From the NCBI GenBank assembly GCA_046047755.1, contig JBJOHK010000114.1, positions 1 to 60,794 on the forward strand: DNA of 60,794 nucleotides, written 5' to 3'. This DNA is from Bacteroidota bacterium (GTDB lineage Bacteria > Bacteroidota > Bacteroidia > NS11-12g > UBA955). This document shows positions 46,371 through 56,778 of the stretch, piece by piece. The translations under genes were made by a program, and so were the position numbers. The notes below the pieces were generated by a model. It had not been told where the DNA came from and did no database searches. It saw only the letters and a program-made list of their open reading frames with translations. How positions within the stretch are numbered: position 1 is the first letter of the stretch; each line of letters begins with the position of its first letter.

Positions 46371-47339
46371 GTGAAACGTATTGCTGTATTGACATCAGGT
46401 GGCGACGCACCGGGCATGAATGCTTGCATTCGAGCGGTTGTGCGAGCGGCCATACATTTTGATTTTGAAGTTTATGGCGTTCAACGCGGTTATCAAGGTT
46501 TGATTGAGAATTCCATCAAGAAAATGACTGCCGGCAGCGTAGCTAACATCATTCAATTGGGTGGCACGGTTCTCAAAACGGCGAGAAGCAAAGAGTTCAT
46601 GACGCCAGAAGGCCGAAAAAAAGCCTACGAAAATCTTCAAAAGCACGGCATTGAAGGCTTGGTTTGTATTGGTGGTAATGGTACTTATACCGGTGCCATG
46701 ATTTTTGAAAAAGAATTTGGCATACCCAGTGTTGGATGCCCTGGAACCATCGACAATGATTTGTCCGGCACTGATTATACCATTGGTTATGATACAGCCA
46801 TCAATACTGCCATGGATGCCATTGACAAGATTCGCGATACGGCTGATAGTCATAATCGTGTATTTTTCATAGAAGTAATGGGCCGTCATTCTGGGCATAT
46901 TGCCCTAAATGCGGGCATCGCCGGTGGTGCCGAGGGTATATTCATACCGGAGCGCGAAAACGAGCTTCGTGACATCATGAAGACGTATGAAAACAAGCGA
47001 CGCAAAAAGGAGTTCAGCATTTTCGTGGTAGCAGAGGGTGAAGAAGATGGAAAGGCCTTTGATATCGCCCATAAATTCCAAGAGGCCTACCCTGAAACCG
47101 ATTGCAAGGTGACCGTATTGGGCCACATTCAACGGGGAGGCAGACCCACGGCAAACGATCGAATTCTGGCTTCAAGACTAGGTGCACACGCCGTTAAAGC
47201 CCTAAGCGAAGGGCACCGAAATGTAGCCATTGGTGTCATCGACAACTCCATTGAATTGACACCCTTCCATGAGGCCATTTACGCCAAAAAAGACGTCAAT
47301 GAAAACCTCTGGGTTATGAATAGTATCATTACTCGTTAA
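46371..47339 (+). CDS. pfkA: ATP-dependent 6-phosphofructokinase
   Basis: (V)KRIAVLTSGGDAPGMNA, IGGNGTYTGA, PGTIDNDL and MGRHSGHIAL are PFK motifs. The GTG at 46371 is preferred because the track's TTG at 46329 lies inside the upstream terminator. Confidence 0.9.
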   Translation: MKRIAVLTSGGDAPGMNACIRAVVRAAIHFDFEVYGVQRGYQGLIENSIKKMTAGSVANIIQLGGTVLKTARSKEFMTPEGRKKAYENLQKHGIEGLVCIGGNGTYTGAMIFEKEFGIPSVGCPGTIDNDLSGTDYTIGYDTAINTAMDAIDKIRDTADSHNRVFFIEVMGRHSGHIALNAGIAGGAEGIFIPERENELRDIMKTYENKRRKKEFSIFVVAEGEEDGKAFDIAHKFQEAYPETDCKVTVLGHIQRGGRPTANDRILASRLGAHAVKALSEGHRNVAIGVIDNSIELTPFHEAIYAKKDVNENLWVMNSIITR

Positions 47340-47340
47340 C

Positions 47341-49014
47341 ATGCTCACTCGGGTTCGCATTTCCAATTACGCATTGATCCAACACATGGATTTGCAATTC
47401 CCGAATGGATTGATCACTGTTACCGGAGAAACGGGAGCTGGAAAAAGCATATTGCTGGGTGCCCTGGGGTTGCTCATGGGCAACAGAGCCGATCACAGCG
47501 TCCTTATGGATGCCCAAACCAAATGCATAGTAGAAGGCGAATTTGACATCCATACCCTGGGTTTGGAGTCCTTTTTCGAAGTCGAAGATTTGGACTATTC
47601 ATCTACGACCATCATTCGAAGAGAAATCGCTCCAGGTGGCAAAAGTCGTTGCTTCATCAACGATACGCCCGTCAGTTTGGCTCAAGCCAAAACACTGGGC
47701 ACGCAACTTCTTGACATTCATACCCAACACACACATTTGCTTGTTACGCAAAAAGAGGAACAGCTTCACTTGTTGGATGAGTTTGCCGAAAATGGGGCAC
47801 TGCTGGATGAATATGAACGAGCCTTTCATCGATGGAGTAAAATCATCAGTGAGATAGAGAAATTTGAGACCGAGCAACAATCTTGGGTAAGAGAGAGAGA
47901 ATTCAATCAATTCCAATTCAATGAACTACTCTCTTTTCAACCGGTATCGGGAGAAGAATCTCAATTGGAATCTGAAATCACCTTGCTCAGTCAGAGTGAA
48001 GATGTTAAGGCCGCATTGATGGGCTCTCATCATTCCCTCTCCAATGCTGATGCAGCTCTGCTAGATGGCCTAAACTCCATTCGAAGCCACTTGAAAAAAT
48101 TCCGAGGAATAAACCCAGAACTAGATTCGTTATTTTCTCGATTGGACGAGGCTTCATTTGAATTAAACGATATATCAGAAAGCCTTTCAAATTGTGCCGA
48201 ATCTATGGTCTATGATCCTATTAGATTGCAGGCAGCAAATGAACGTCAGGCCAAATTGCAAAACTTGCTACGCAAACACCAAGCAGAATCATCTGATGAC
48301 CTATTGGCCATCATGAAAGAGCTGGAAACAGCGCTGACGGGTGTTCAAGATCAGGAGGACCACATAAAGGCACTGAGAAAGGAAAAAGCCCTATTGGATT
48401 CGGAGTGTGAACGATTAGCTGAACGGCTGCACCAATGCCGATCAAAGGCAGGAATAAAATGGTGCCAAGAACTCACCCAAATGTTGCATCGCTTGGATAT
48501 ACCCGATGCGAAAATTGAGTGCAAATGGGATTATAAACCCGGTCAGTTCAAACGCCGAGGATCAGATGAATTAAGTCTTCAATTCACCGCAAACAAAGGC
48601 TTACCAACTAGAGACTTAGATAAGGTAGCTTCAGGAGGTGAACTCTCCCGTTTGAACTTTAGTATACGCAGCTTAGGAGCCGCAAAAAGACCTTCAGCGA
48701 CGCTCATCTACGACGAAGCTGATACAGGAATTTCGGGTCCAATTGCCCTTCAAATGGGGCAAATGTTGAGAAGTATGGGGCAGCATATGCAAACGGTAGC
48801 CATTACGCATCTACCCCAGGTGGCCAGCGCCGGGAATCATCAACTTTTTGTTTTCAAAGACAGAGATTCTGATCAAACCAAAAGCCAGTTCAAATGGCTA
48901 GATAGAGACCAACGCATTCACCATCTGGCTCAGTTATTGAGCCATGAAAATCCTAGTGATTCAGCCCTAAAAAACGCAGAAGAACTATTGGATTCCTTTC
49001 TTGAATCAGAGTAA
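47341..49014 (+). CDS. recN: DNA repair protein RecN
   Basis: The Walker A region is [19 protein letters not shown] long coiled-coil middle follows, and the C-terminus has ASGGELSRL and [11 protein letters not shown]. Confidence 0.9.
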   Translation: MLTRVRISNYALIQHMDLQFPNGLITVTGETGAGKSILLGALGLLMGNRADHSVLMDAQTKCIVEGEFDIHTLGLESFFEVEDLDYSSTTIIRREIAPGGKSRCFINDTPVSLAQAKTLGTQLLDIHTQHTHLLVTQKEEQLHLLDEFAENGALLDEYERAFHRWSKIISEIEKFETEQQSWVREREFNQFQFNELLSFQPVSGEESQLESEITLLSQSEDVKAALMGSHHSLSNADAALLDGLNSIRSHLKKFRGINPELDSLFSRLDEASFELNDISESLSNCAESMVYDPIRLQAANERQAKLQNLLRKHQAESSDDLLAIMKELETALTGVQDQEDHIKALRKEKALLDSECERLAERLHQCRSKAGIKWCQELTQMLHRLDIPDAKIECKWDYKPGQFKRRGSDELSLQFTANKGLPTRDLDKVASGGELSRLNFSIRSLGAAKRPSATLIYDEADTGISGPIALQMGQMLRSMGQHMQTVAITHLPQVASAGNHQLFVFKDRDSDQTKSQFKWLDRDQRIHHLAQLLSHENPSDSALKNAEELLDSFLESE

Positions 49015-49491
49015 GCCCTGCTCTGACTGTTCAGAAGACTCGTAAAAAACGTCGATTTCGGTTGGTTGGGATTTTGCGGCTTGTGTAGCTAAGAAATCAC
49101 AGCGTTCGTTTTCCGGAATACCGGCATGCCCTTTAACCCAATTGAATTCAGGTTTAAATGACTTATTAAGGGGTATCAACTGCTTCCATAAATCAGGATT
49201 TTTCACCTTTACCCACCCTTTGCGTTGCCAACCCGCAATCCAATTTTTCACTACGGCATCGTGTACGTATTTGCTATCCGTGAAAATTGACACAGGGATT
49301 CCCGGCTGTTTGATCATTTCCAGGGCCTTAATAACAGCCAAGAGTTCCATGCGATTGTTGGTGGTACGGCGAAAGGAACCCGAGATCTCTCGGCGGTGCT
49401 CACCGTACATCAAAACGGCTCCGTATCCGCCGGGACCGGGATTCCCCAAAGCTGCTCCATCCGTGTAAATCGTGATGCGTTGCGTAAACAC
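49006..49491 (-). CDS. rnhA: Ribonuclease HI
   Basis: [32 protein letters not shown] and [15 protein letters not shown] are RNase H motifs. It overlaps the recN 3' end by 9 nt. Confidence 0.9.
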   Translation of the reverse strand: MFTQRITIYTDGAALGNPGPGGYGAVLMYGEHRREISGSFRRTTNNRMELLAVIKALEMIKQPGIPVSIFTDSKYVHDAVVKNWIAGWQRKGWVKVKNPDLWKQLIPLNKSFKPEFNWVKGHAGIPENERCDFLATQAAKSQPTEIDVFYESSEQSEQGLL

Positions 49492-49527
49492 CCTTCGAAT
49501 TTAAAACAATGCCCGCCCTTCATTGGT

Positions 49528-49535
49528 TAATTTTG
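49528..49535 (+). promoter_or_regulatory. Candidate -7 box (TAATTTTG) for cinA
   Basis: Exact TAnnTTTG match ending 7 nt before the ATG at 49543. Confidence 0.35.
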
Positions 49536-49542
49536 TACACAG

Positions 49543-50814
49543 ATGAAAGCAGAAATCATCACCATTGGAGACGAGTTACTTATTGGGCAAACCATTGACA
49601 CCAACAGCGCCTGGCTAGGTCAAACCCTAGGAGCAGTAGGAATTCAAATTTCTCGAAAAACGGCCGTCACTGATAGCAAAGAAGCCATATTCAATGCGTT
49701 AGACAATAGCCTCAATCAAGTTTCTCTGGTAATTATTACGGGCGGTCTGGGCCCCACTCGTGACGATATCACCAAGCATTCTTTGGTGGAATATTTTGGC
49801 GGCTCGTATCGAACAGATGAAGTCGTGTTGGCCCACTTGGAAGAACTGTTTGCCAAACGCGGCCGTAAAATGATGGAAGTGAATAAAATGCAGGCAGAGC
49901 TGCCCGATCGTTGTCAAACTTTATTCAACAAAGTGGGCACGGCACCCGGCATGTGGTTCGAAGACCAAAGAGGCATTGTCATCAGTTTACCCGGAGTACC
50001 GAATGAAGTTCAATGGATTACCCAACACGAAATCATTCCCAGAATTCAAAATCGCTTTGATCTGAAGACAATCGAACATCGTACTCTTCTTTGTTTAGAG
50101 ACTCCAGAAAGCCTACTCAGCAAACACTTAGAGAGTTTTGAAGATCGCCTTCCCGCCTCCTATTCCTTGGCCTACTTACCCCAGTTCAACAGCATTCGCC
50201 TTAGATTGAGTCAAATTATCCAAGGCGTTGAAGGCGATTTGGGCATGGAATATTGGTTTCAAGAACTGCAAAATGAGCTCGGTTCCCTTTGCTTTGGAAT
50301 TGGAGACAAAACAGCCTCAGAAATTGTGGCAGAATTTGCGATGAAGCGCCAATTTCAATTGGCTGGTGCCGAAAGTTGTACCGGCGGCTACACCACTAAC
50401 CAATTGATACAAGTTCCAGGAATGAGCGCAGCCATTCCCGGTTCCATCATAGCCTATAGCAATCAAATCAAAGTCAATGTATTGGGCGTATCCCCCCAGT
50501 CCCTTCAAGCGCATGGCGCCGTCAGTATGGAAGTGGGCTTGGAAATGGCCAAAGGAGCATTAGGCATCTTTGATTCTCATTTTGCGTTTTCCCTTACTGG
50601 AATTGCGGGACCCAGTGGCGGGTCAATAGAAAAACCAGTTGGAACGGTAGTTTTGACCTTGATTTCTACCGTTAAACCCAACACTAACGAAGGAATCACT
50701 GAAGTAGACGGACTGTACATTCATCAAAAAATGAAGCAAATTCCGGGAAATCGCGTACAGTTCATGCAACGGGCCAGCAATAGCGTTTTCGCCCTATTTC
50801 AACCCTGGTTTTAG
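49543..50814 (+). CDS. cinA: Competence/damage-inducible protein CinA (MoCF-binding plus nicotinamide-nucleotide amidase domains)
   Basis: It has MKAEIITIGDELLIGQTIDTNSAWL, ITGGLGPTRDDITK, and a C-terminal CinA domain with ESCTGG. Confidence 0.85.
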   Translation: MKAEIITIGDELLIGQTIDTNSAWLGQTLGAVGIQISRKTAVTDSKEAIFNALDNSLNQVSLVIITGGLGPTRDDITKHSLVEYFGGSYRTDEVVLAHLEELFAKRGRKMMEVNKMQAELPDRCQTLFNKVGTAPGMWFEDQRGIVISLPGVPNEVQWITQHEIIPRIQNRFDLKTIEHRTLLCLETPESLLSKHLESFEDRLPASYSLAYLPQFNSIRLRLSQIIQGVEGDLGMEYWFQELQNELGSLCFGIGDKTASEIVAEFAMKRQFQLAGAESCTGGYTTNQLIQVPGMSAAIPGSIIAYSNQIKVNVLGVSPQSLQAHGAVSMEVGLEMAKGALGIFDSHFAFSLTGIAGPSGGSIEKPVGTVVLTLISTVKPNTNEGITEVDGLYIHQKMKQIPGNRVQFMQRASNSVFALFQPWF

Positions 50815-50850
50815 GGTAAAATTTGTCGATAACAGACGGGCAATCGGTGG

Positions 50851-50858
50851 TACTTTTG
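50851..50858 (+). promoter_or_regulatory. Candidate -7 box (TACTTTTG) for guaA
   Basis: Exact TAnnTTTG match ending 4 nt before the ATG at 50863. Confidence 0.35.
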
Positions 50859-50862
50859 CTGC

Positions 50863-52398
50863 ATGTCTACAGAGAAAATTCTGATCCTTGATTTTGGGTC
50901 TCAATACACGCAACTAATCGCACGTCGATTGCGCGAATTGTTTGTGTATTGTGAGATTCACCCCTTTCATGAAAACGTGGAATTGACCGAAGATATCAAA
51001 GGAGTCATTTTCTCAGGCAGCCCTTGCAGCGTAAATGAAGAAAATGCTCCCAGTATTGACCTGAATAAATATTTCAAACACGGTCCTGTTTTGGGCGTTT
51101 GCTATGGGGCTCAATACATGGCCAAGCATTTGGGAGGCAATGTAGGTCGCAGCCAACACCGTGAATACGGTCGCGCCATGCTCCAACACAGCAGTGACCA
51201 TGCCTTACTCTCAGGGGTAGCCAATCCATCTCAAGTTTGGATGAGCCACGGGGACACCATTTTAGCCTTACCCGAAAATGCCAAGGTTATTGCCACAACC
51301 GAATCGATTCCGGTAGCCGCATTCGAAGTAGATAACGAATTCCCTACCTACGGAATTCAATTTCACCCAGAGGTATACCACAGCACGGAAGGCATGCAAA
51401 TGCTCAAGAATTTTGCCTATACCATCTGTCAATGTTCAGGTGATTGGACTCCCGGTCACTTCATTGAAGAATGCGTAGCGCAGATTCAAGAACAAGTGGG
51501 GCCAGATGACCAAGTAATATTGGGGTTGTCAGGAGGTGTAGATAGTTCAGTGGCTTCTCTGCTGCTCAACAAGGCCATTGGGCACAGACTAACCTGCATC
51601 TTTATCGACAATGGATTGTTGCGAAAAAACGAATTTCAAGACGTCCAAGAAGCGTATAAAGAATTGAATCTAAACATCATTGCCGTAGATGCTTCGCAGC
51701 GATTCTATGATGCTTTAAAGGGCATTTCAGAACCTGAGGCCAAGCGCAAAACCATAGGCCGTGTCTTTGTTGAAGTATTCCAAGAAGAATCCAAAAAGAT
51801 CCAAGGCGCCAATTGGCTGGCCCAGGGTACCATTTACCCTGACGTTATTGAAAGTGTTTCGGTCAATGGCCCATCAGCGACAATTAAAAGTCACCATAAC
51901 GTAGGTGGATTGCCTGAAGACATGCACCTAAAGGTGGTAGAACCCCTGCGCTCCCTTTTCAAAGATGAAGTTCGTCGAGTCGGAGCCGCATTAGGATTGC
52001 CCGCATTGCTTCTAAACCGTCACCCCTTCCCTGGCCCAGGATTGGGAATTCGAATTTTAGGAGACATCACAGCAGAAAAGGTCCAATTGTTGCAAGAGGC
52101 CGATTACATCTACATGAAAAAACTCCAAGACAGTGGTTGGTACAACAAAATCTGGCAGGCAGGAACCATCTTGTTACCGGTTCAAAGTGTTGGAGTAATG
52201 GGTGATGAGAGAACCTATGAACAGGTCGTTGCCCTTCGTGCCGTTAGCAGTACTGATGGCATGACGGCTGACTGGGTGCACCTCCCCTATGACCTTTTGG
52301 CTGACATAAGCAATTCGATTATCAACGGCGTGCGAGGAATCAACCGTGTGGTATACGACATCAGTTCCAAACCGCCGGCCACCATTGAGTGGGAATAA
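50863..52398 (+). CDS. guaA: GMP synthase (glutamine-hydrolysing)
   Basis: [20 protein letters not shown], the GATase Cys motif region, the ATP-PPase motif [11 protein letters not shown], and the C-terminal PPATIEWE support the call. Confidence 0.95.
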   Translation: MSTEKILILDFGSQYTQLIARRLRELFVYCEIHPFHENVELTEDIKGVIFSGSPCSVNEENAPSIDLNKYFKHGPVLGVCYGAQYMAKHLGGNVGRSQHREYGRAMLQHSSDHALLSGVANPSQVWMSHGDTILALPENAKVIATTESIPVAAFEVDNEFPTYGIQFHPEVYHSTEGMQMLKNFAYTICQCSGDWTPGHFIEECVAQIQEQVGPDDQVILGLSGGVDSSVASLLLNKAIGHRLTCIFIDNGLLRKNEFQDVQEAYKELNLNIIAVDASQRFYDALKGISEPEAKRKTIGRVFVEVFQEESKKIQGANWLAQGTIYPDVIESVSVNGPSATIKSHHNVGGLPEDMHLKVVEPLRSLFKDEVRRVGAALGLPALLLNRHPFPGPGLGIRILGDITAEKVQLLQEADYIYMKKLQDSGWYNKIWQAGTILLPVQSVGVMGDERTYEQVVALRAVSSTDGMTADWVHLPYDLLADISNSIINGVRGINRVVYDISSKPPATIEWE

Positions 52399-52401
52399 AC
52401 C

Positions 52402-53511
52402 ATGCGAAATCTTGCCGTCTTCATACTGACCTTATTCATTATCCTCAGAGGATGGGCCCAAACCACTGTGGCTCCAGTGCGGGTGGCTGTATTGCTACCA
52501 TTTCATACTGAAAAAGGTAGCAACGACGCCTTTAATCAGGCCATGTTGGACTACTGGGCGGGCATTCAATCTGCAGCCAATGAATTGGCTGACAATGGAA
52601 TAAACAGTGAAATCAATTTGCGCAATTTCACAGCTGACAGTTCTTTCCTCTGTTCAGTCGCGGGAAAATTGTGGCTCAATCAGCATGATTTGGTCATTGG
52701 CCCCGTATATCCAAAACAATTGGCCGATTTAGATAGAGGAAACCCTATTACAAAGCCCTGGGTATCACCATTAGCTCCTTACGCCTTCAAACAAGCCAGT
52801 AATGGTATCTCTATGTTTGCCAATGACAGCTTGAGGTTACTTGGGTTATGCAACGAGTTTTCTCGCTGTTTTCCCAAACACAAAATTGTCATTATCAGTC
52901 CAGACAAACCTAAGAATGCCGCTCAAAACGCCGCTAATCGTGATCGATTGAAAGCCTTATTAGGAGACCAGGCCACTGTACACACCTGGAAAACACAATC
53001 TCAAACTTTGACTCCTTATTTGCCAACGGGCAACGATTCTTTTCTATTCGTATATACCGATCAATTCACAACTGAAGCCCATTCTTTCCTCTCCAAGAAA
53101 GCCTTAGACACCAGAAATAGCTATGGTATTGGTGCTTTTGATTGGTTGGACGCCCAAGAAAAGAGCCCATTGGCGAGCGAACAAAAAGCACGCATGTTGT
53201 ACCCCAGCAATGTTGTACTTCATTTCAACGACTCAACAGTCAGCTCCATCAGCCAACGAATGGCTCTTTCTGAGTGGGGCGAGCCTAGTAAATATGCATT
53301 TATTGCCTATGATCAGTTCCAATTTTTGCTAGGTCATTACTCCGCCAACCCCTCCATGAATCCTTTTGTTTATGGACCCAGGAATTCGAGTGCTATCTAC
53401 CAAGGTGCCATCCAGAATATTTGCCTCTACCCAACAGGGTATGGATTGGGCAATGCCGGTATTCGTTTGGTGCGCTTAGAAGGTGAATTTCAAATACCCA
53501 TTGTACCCTGA
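52402..53511 (+). CDS. Hypothetical secreted protein, periplasmic-binding-protein type 1-like
   Basis: The signal peptide is MRNLAVFILTLFIILRGWAQ. VRVAVLLPFHTEKG...AGIQSAANELADNG resembles the start of LivJ-type PBP1 folds. No transporter genes lie nearby. Confidence 0.55.
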   Translation: MRNLAVFILTLFIILRGWAQTTVAPVRVAVLLPFHTEKGSNDAFNQAMLDYWAGIQSAANELADNGINSEINLRNFTADSSFLCSVAGKLWLNQHDLVIGPVYPKQLADLDRGNPITKPWVSPLAPYAFKQASNGISMFANDSLRLLGLCNEFSRCFPKHKIVIISPDKPKNAAQNAANRDRLKALLGDQATVHTWKTQSQTLTPYLPTGNDSFLFVYTDQFTTEAHSFLSKKALDTRNSYGIGAFDWLDAQEKSPLASEQKARMLYPSNVVLHFNDSTVSSISQRMALSEWGEPSKYAFIAYDQFQFLLGHYSANPSMNPFVYGPRNSSAIYQGAIQNICLYPTGYGLGNAGIRLVRLEGEFQIPIVP

Positions 53512-53723
53512 ACCACCTTCGAAAACAACTTCAACATTGCCTAGGGCTGCTGGATTCGTACGCATTTGACGAACCCTTTCATTTATACCTAGCCAAGGCC
53601 TTTAAATCTCAACCGGGTTGGGGAAGCAGAGATCGCAAGCGATACAGAAGATGGTGCTATACCTATTTCAAATTCAGCTACATCGACATTCAAAATTGGC
53701 CTAGGGCGCTGAGCGAAGAGACC

Positions 53724-54626
53724 TTGGTTCATGCCCTATTGGCTAGTCCATCTACCCTTGAACAAGAGCGCAGTACGATGCTCGATTGGGGAATTACCCC
53801 AACAGAAAGAAATGCTGCCATTAAACCATTTGACTCGAACGTTAGCACAGGGGTAAATCTATCAGAGTACTGGAACTGGTTTCAACAGGAACCCAGTGTT
53901 TTTGTCAGGAGATTGAAGCCGTGGAAATCTGATTTCCCGATTCCGGTGAATGACGTAGAAGATTCTTATTTGAAATTTGCTCCGGGAACATCCTTGCAAC
54001 AAGCCCAGGAACAAGGATATTGTTTCATCCAAGATTTAGGCTCACAGCTCAGCGTTCAACACGAATGCTTTGACAGCCCATCTCCCCTTCTTGTTTGGGA
54101 TGCGTGTTGCGGTGCTGGAGGAAAAAGTCTTCAATTGCTCAGCCAGTACAAATCCATTCAATTGGTCTGCAGCGATACTCGAAAATCGATTTTAGACAAC
54201 CTGAGAGCTCGATTTATTTCGGCCCAGTTGCGAGTTCCTTTGGCCTTTGATTTTAATCCATTAAAAGATTCGAATTCCAAGTGGATGGGTCCCGAATCCT
54301 TTGATCGCATTTTGCTCGATGTTCCCTGCAGCGGCTCTGGAACCTGGCGCAGAAATCCAGAAGAGTTGCATCAACTCAATGCCTCCAAAATTGAATCATT
54401 GGTACCCATACAAGCTGAATTGCTCAATAGGTGCTCTATGCGATTGAAACCCGGAGGATATTTAGTCTACATCACCTGTTCTGTATTTCAGGAAGAAAAC
54501 GAAGAGCAAATAGCCACTTTCATTAGCCATCACCCTGAATTCCATGTAGAAGAACAGGGAATGGTAGGCGGCCCGAGTCAGGATGCTGATTATTTGTTCC
54601 GGGCGGTTCTAAAGAAAATCAACTAG
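53724..54626 (+). CDS. RsmB/NOL1/NOP2/Sun-family SAM-dependent RNA (cytosine-C5) methyltransferase; the true start is probably upstream, near 53508
   Basis: The SAM motif is VWDACCGAGGKSLQL and the catalytic motifs are LLDVPCSGSGTWRRNPE and LVYITCSVFQEENE. 53724 is the first canonical start (TTG). The frame is open from 53487 and encodes family-typical N-terminal sequence (FHLYLAKAFKSQPGWGSRDRKRY). Confidence 0.75.
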   Translation: MVHALLASPSTLEQERSTMLDWGITPTERNAAIKPFDSNVSTGVNLSEYWNWFQQEPSVFVRRLKPWKSDFPIPVNDVEDSYLKFAPGTSLQQAQEQGYCFIQDLGSQLSVQHECFDSPSPLLVWDACCGAGGKSLQLLSQYKSIQLVCSDTRKSILDNLRARFISAQLRVPLAFDFNPLKDSNSKWMGPESFDRILLDVPCSGSGTWRRNPEELHQLNASKIESLVPIQAELLNRCSMRLKPGGYLVYITCSVFQEENEEQIATFISHHPEFHVEEQGMVGGPSQDADYLFRAVLKKIN

Positions 54627-55620
54627 GATCGTAGGCCCACTTGAGGTAAATAGCTCCCCAAGTAAAACCGCCACCGAATGTACTGAAAATCAGATTGTCC
54701 CCTTTTTTGAATTGTTTTTCAAAGTCATAAAGACATAGAGGCAAGGTCCCGCTGGTTGTATTGCCATAGCGATGAATGTTGATTAGGACTTTATCCTTAT
54801 CAAGGCCCATTCTATTTGCCGTTGCGTCGATGATTCTCAAATTCGCTTGATGGGGCACCAACCAATCAACATCTTCAGAAGTCAAACCATTTCGCTGCAT
54901 CACTTCATAGCTAACATCGGCCATATTGGTTACAGCGAATTTGAAAACGGTTTTTCCCTCTTGGTGCACGTAATGCAACTTTTGAGCAACGGTCTCTGCT
55001 GTTGGAGGCTGGACCGACCCACCAGCCGGCTGAATCAAGAATTCACGACCACTGCCATCGACATGCAGTTGAGAATCCAATAGTCCATACCCATCGTAAT
55101 TGGGTTCAAGAAGCACACAGCCCGCCCCATCTCCGAAAATGATGCACGTATTGCGATCTTCGTAATTGATGATGCTGGACATTTTATCAGCACCAACAAC
55201 CAAAACATTCTTGTACTGCCCACTTTGGATCAAGCGAGCTCCGGTTTCCAAACTGAATAAAAATCCAGAACAGGCAGCTGAAACATCAAATCCCCAAGCA
55301 TTTTTAGCCCCAATTTTATCGGCAATGACATTAGCAGTCGCTGGGAAAACATAATCACCTGTAACCGTTCCACAAATGATTACTTCTAAATCTAGGGGAG
55401 ATAATCCTCGTTTAGCCAACATCGGGAGAATGGCTTCAACAGCCATGTCAGAGGTTCCCTTGCCCTCTTCTTTTTGAATGTGGCGTTCTAGAATGCCTGT
55501 ACGCGTTTGAATCCACTCATCAGTGGTATCAACAATGGTTTCTAATTCCTGGTTGGTTAACACATAAGGCGGAACATAACCGCCTACAGCCGTAATGGCT
55601 GCCGTAAACTTATTCAGCAT
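54619..55620 (-). CDS. fabH: Beta-ketoacyl-ACP synthase III
   Basis: ITAVGGYVP, the active-site region DVSAACSGFLFSL, HQANLRI and GNTTSGTLPL are FabH motifs. Confidence 0.92.
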   Translation of the reverse strand: MLNKFTAAITAVGGYVPPYVLTNQELETIVDTTDEWIQTRTGILERHIQKEEGKGTSDMAVEAILPMLAKRGLSPLDLEVIICGTVTGDYVFPATANVIADKIGAKNAWGFDVSAACSGFLFSLETGARLIQSGQYKNVLVVGADKMSSIINYEDRNTCIIFGDGAGCVLLEPNYDGYGLLDSQLHVDGSGREFLIQPAGGSVQPPTAETVAQKLHYVHQEGKTVFKFAVTNMADVSYEVMQRNGLTSEDVDWLVPHQANLRIIDATANRMGLDKDKVLINIHRYGNTTSGTLPLCLYDFEKQFKKGDNLIFSTFGGGFTWGAIYLKWAYDPS

Positions 55621-56578
55621 TCAATTTGTCTTGTTGCAAAGATTTCATGGAAGATTGAACCATGCTCACAAGATCAGATTTCACCGTATCCAAAGCCAAC
55701 TCAATCATCTTGATAAAGGTATCAGATTTGGTGATACCATGCCCAACGATAACCGGAGCATTTATCCCTAGAATTGGGCTCCCGCCGTAGTGTTTAAAGT
55801 TGAATTTATCTAGATACTCATCATCTACTCCACGTTTGGCTAGTCGATAATACATTCCCTCGCAAACTTTCACGATGGTATTGCCGGTGAATCCATCACA
55901 CACAATGACATCAGCCTGAGAGCCAAAAATATCCCGACCTTCAATATTGCCTACAAAATTGATTGTATCGGTAGCGGCTAATAATTGATGGGCAGCTTTG
56001 CTCATCAGATTTCCCTTTTCAGGTTCTTCACCGATGTTCAACAAACCAACTTTGGGCGAATCTAGATTGTACAATGCCTTGGCCAACAATGACCCTAATA
56101 CAGCAAATTGCTGCAAATGCTCAGGTTTACAATCTGAATTTGCTCCTACGTCCAAAAGAATTCCTGGATGACCTTCCATACGAGGAACAGCCGCAGTTAA
56201 ACAAGGACGATCAAGACCTTCTACAGGTTTGATAACGTGCAATGAACCCACCAACATGGCACCGGTATTACCCGCTGACAAGAAGGCATGAATGCTCTTT
56301 TGAGCCAGTTGCTGGAAACCCACAGACAGAGAAGCCTGAGGTTTGGAGGTAAAAGCGCGTACAGGATGCTCGGCCATGCCGATCACATCAGGACAATCGA
56401 CAATTTCAAGATGAGACAAATCCCAACCTTGATCTTGTGCGATTTGTTCCAACTCCGATTCTATACCATAAAGTACTATTTGGCAATCAGTCAATTGCGA
56501 CTGAGCCAAAACAGCTCCTTTAAGGGCTTCAAATGGAGCGAAATCGCCGCCCATTGCGTCGACACCGATCCGAATCAT
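55610..56578 (-). CDS. plsX: Phosphate acyltransferase PlsX
   Basis: MIRIGVDAMGGDFAP and SAGNTGAMLV are PlsX motifs, and the length is 322 aa. It overlaps the fabH start by 11 nt. Confidence 0.92.
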   Translation of the reverse strand: MIRIGVDAMGGDFAPFEALKGAVLAQSQLTDCQIVLYGIESELEQIAQDQGWDLSHLEIVDCPDVIGMAEHPVRAFTSKPQASLSVGFQQLAQKSIHAFLSAGNTGAMLVGSLHVIKPVEGLDRPCLTAAVPRMEGHPGILLDVGANSDCKPEHLQQFAVLGSLLAKALYNLDSPKVGLLNIGEEPEKGNLMSKAAHQLLAATDTINFVGNIEGRDIFGSQADVIVCDGFTGNTIVKVCEGMYYRLAKRGVDDEYLDKFNFKHYGGSPILGINAPVIVGHGITKSDTFIKMIELALDTVKSDLVSMVQSSMKSLQQDKLNAE

Positions 56579-56585
56579 AATAGTA

Positions 56586-56771
56586 TTAAGCTTCGTTGCG
56601 GCCTTTCATGACCTTCTGACCACGGTACATACCTGTTTCAAGGTTTACTCGGTGGTAGAGCGAAACGTCACCAGTTACGGGGTCCGCAATCATGGGGCGA
56701 GACGTCAAAGAATCGTGGGTGCGGCGCTTGTCGCGGCGTGTTTTCGATATTTTTCGCTTAGGATGTGCCAT
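56586..56771 (-). CDS. rpmF: 50S ribosomal protein L32
   Basis: The sequence begins MAHPKRKISKTRRDKRRTH and the protein is 61 aa. Confidence 0.9.
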   Translation of the reverse strand: MAHPKRKISKTRRDKRRTHDSLTSRPMIADPVTGDVSLYHRVNLETGMYRGQKVMKGRNEA

Positions 56772-56778
56772 GTTCCTT

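Noticed and set aside
46395-46898. A 167-aa minus-strand ORF lies opposite pfkA.
   Set aside because: It is antisense to a clear phosphofructokinase gene, and its composition is consistent with a chance open frame.
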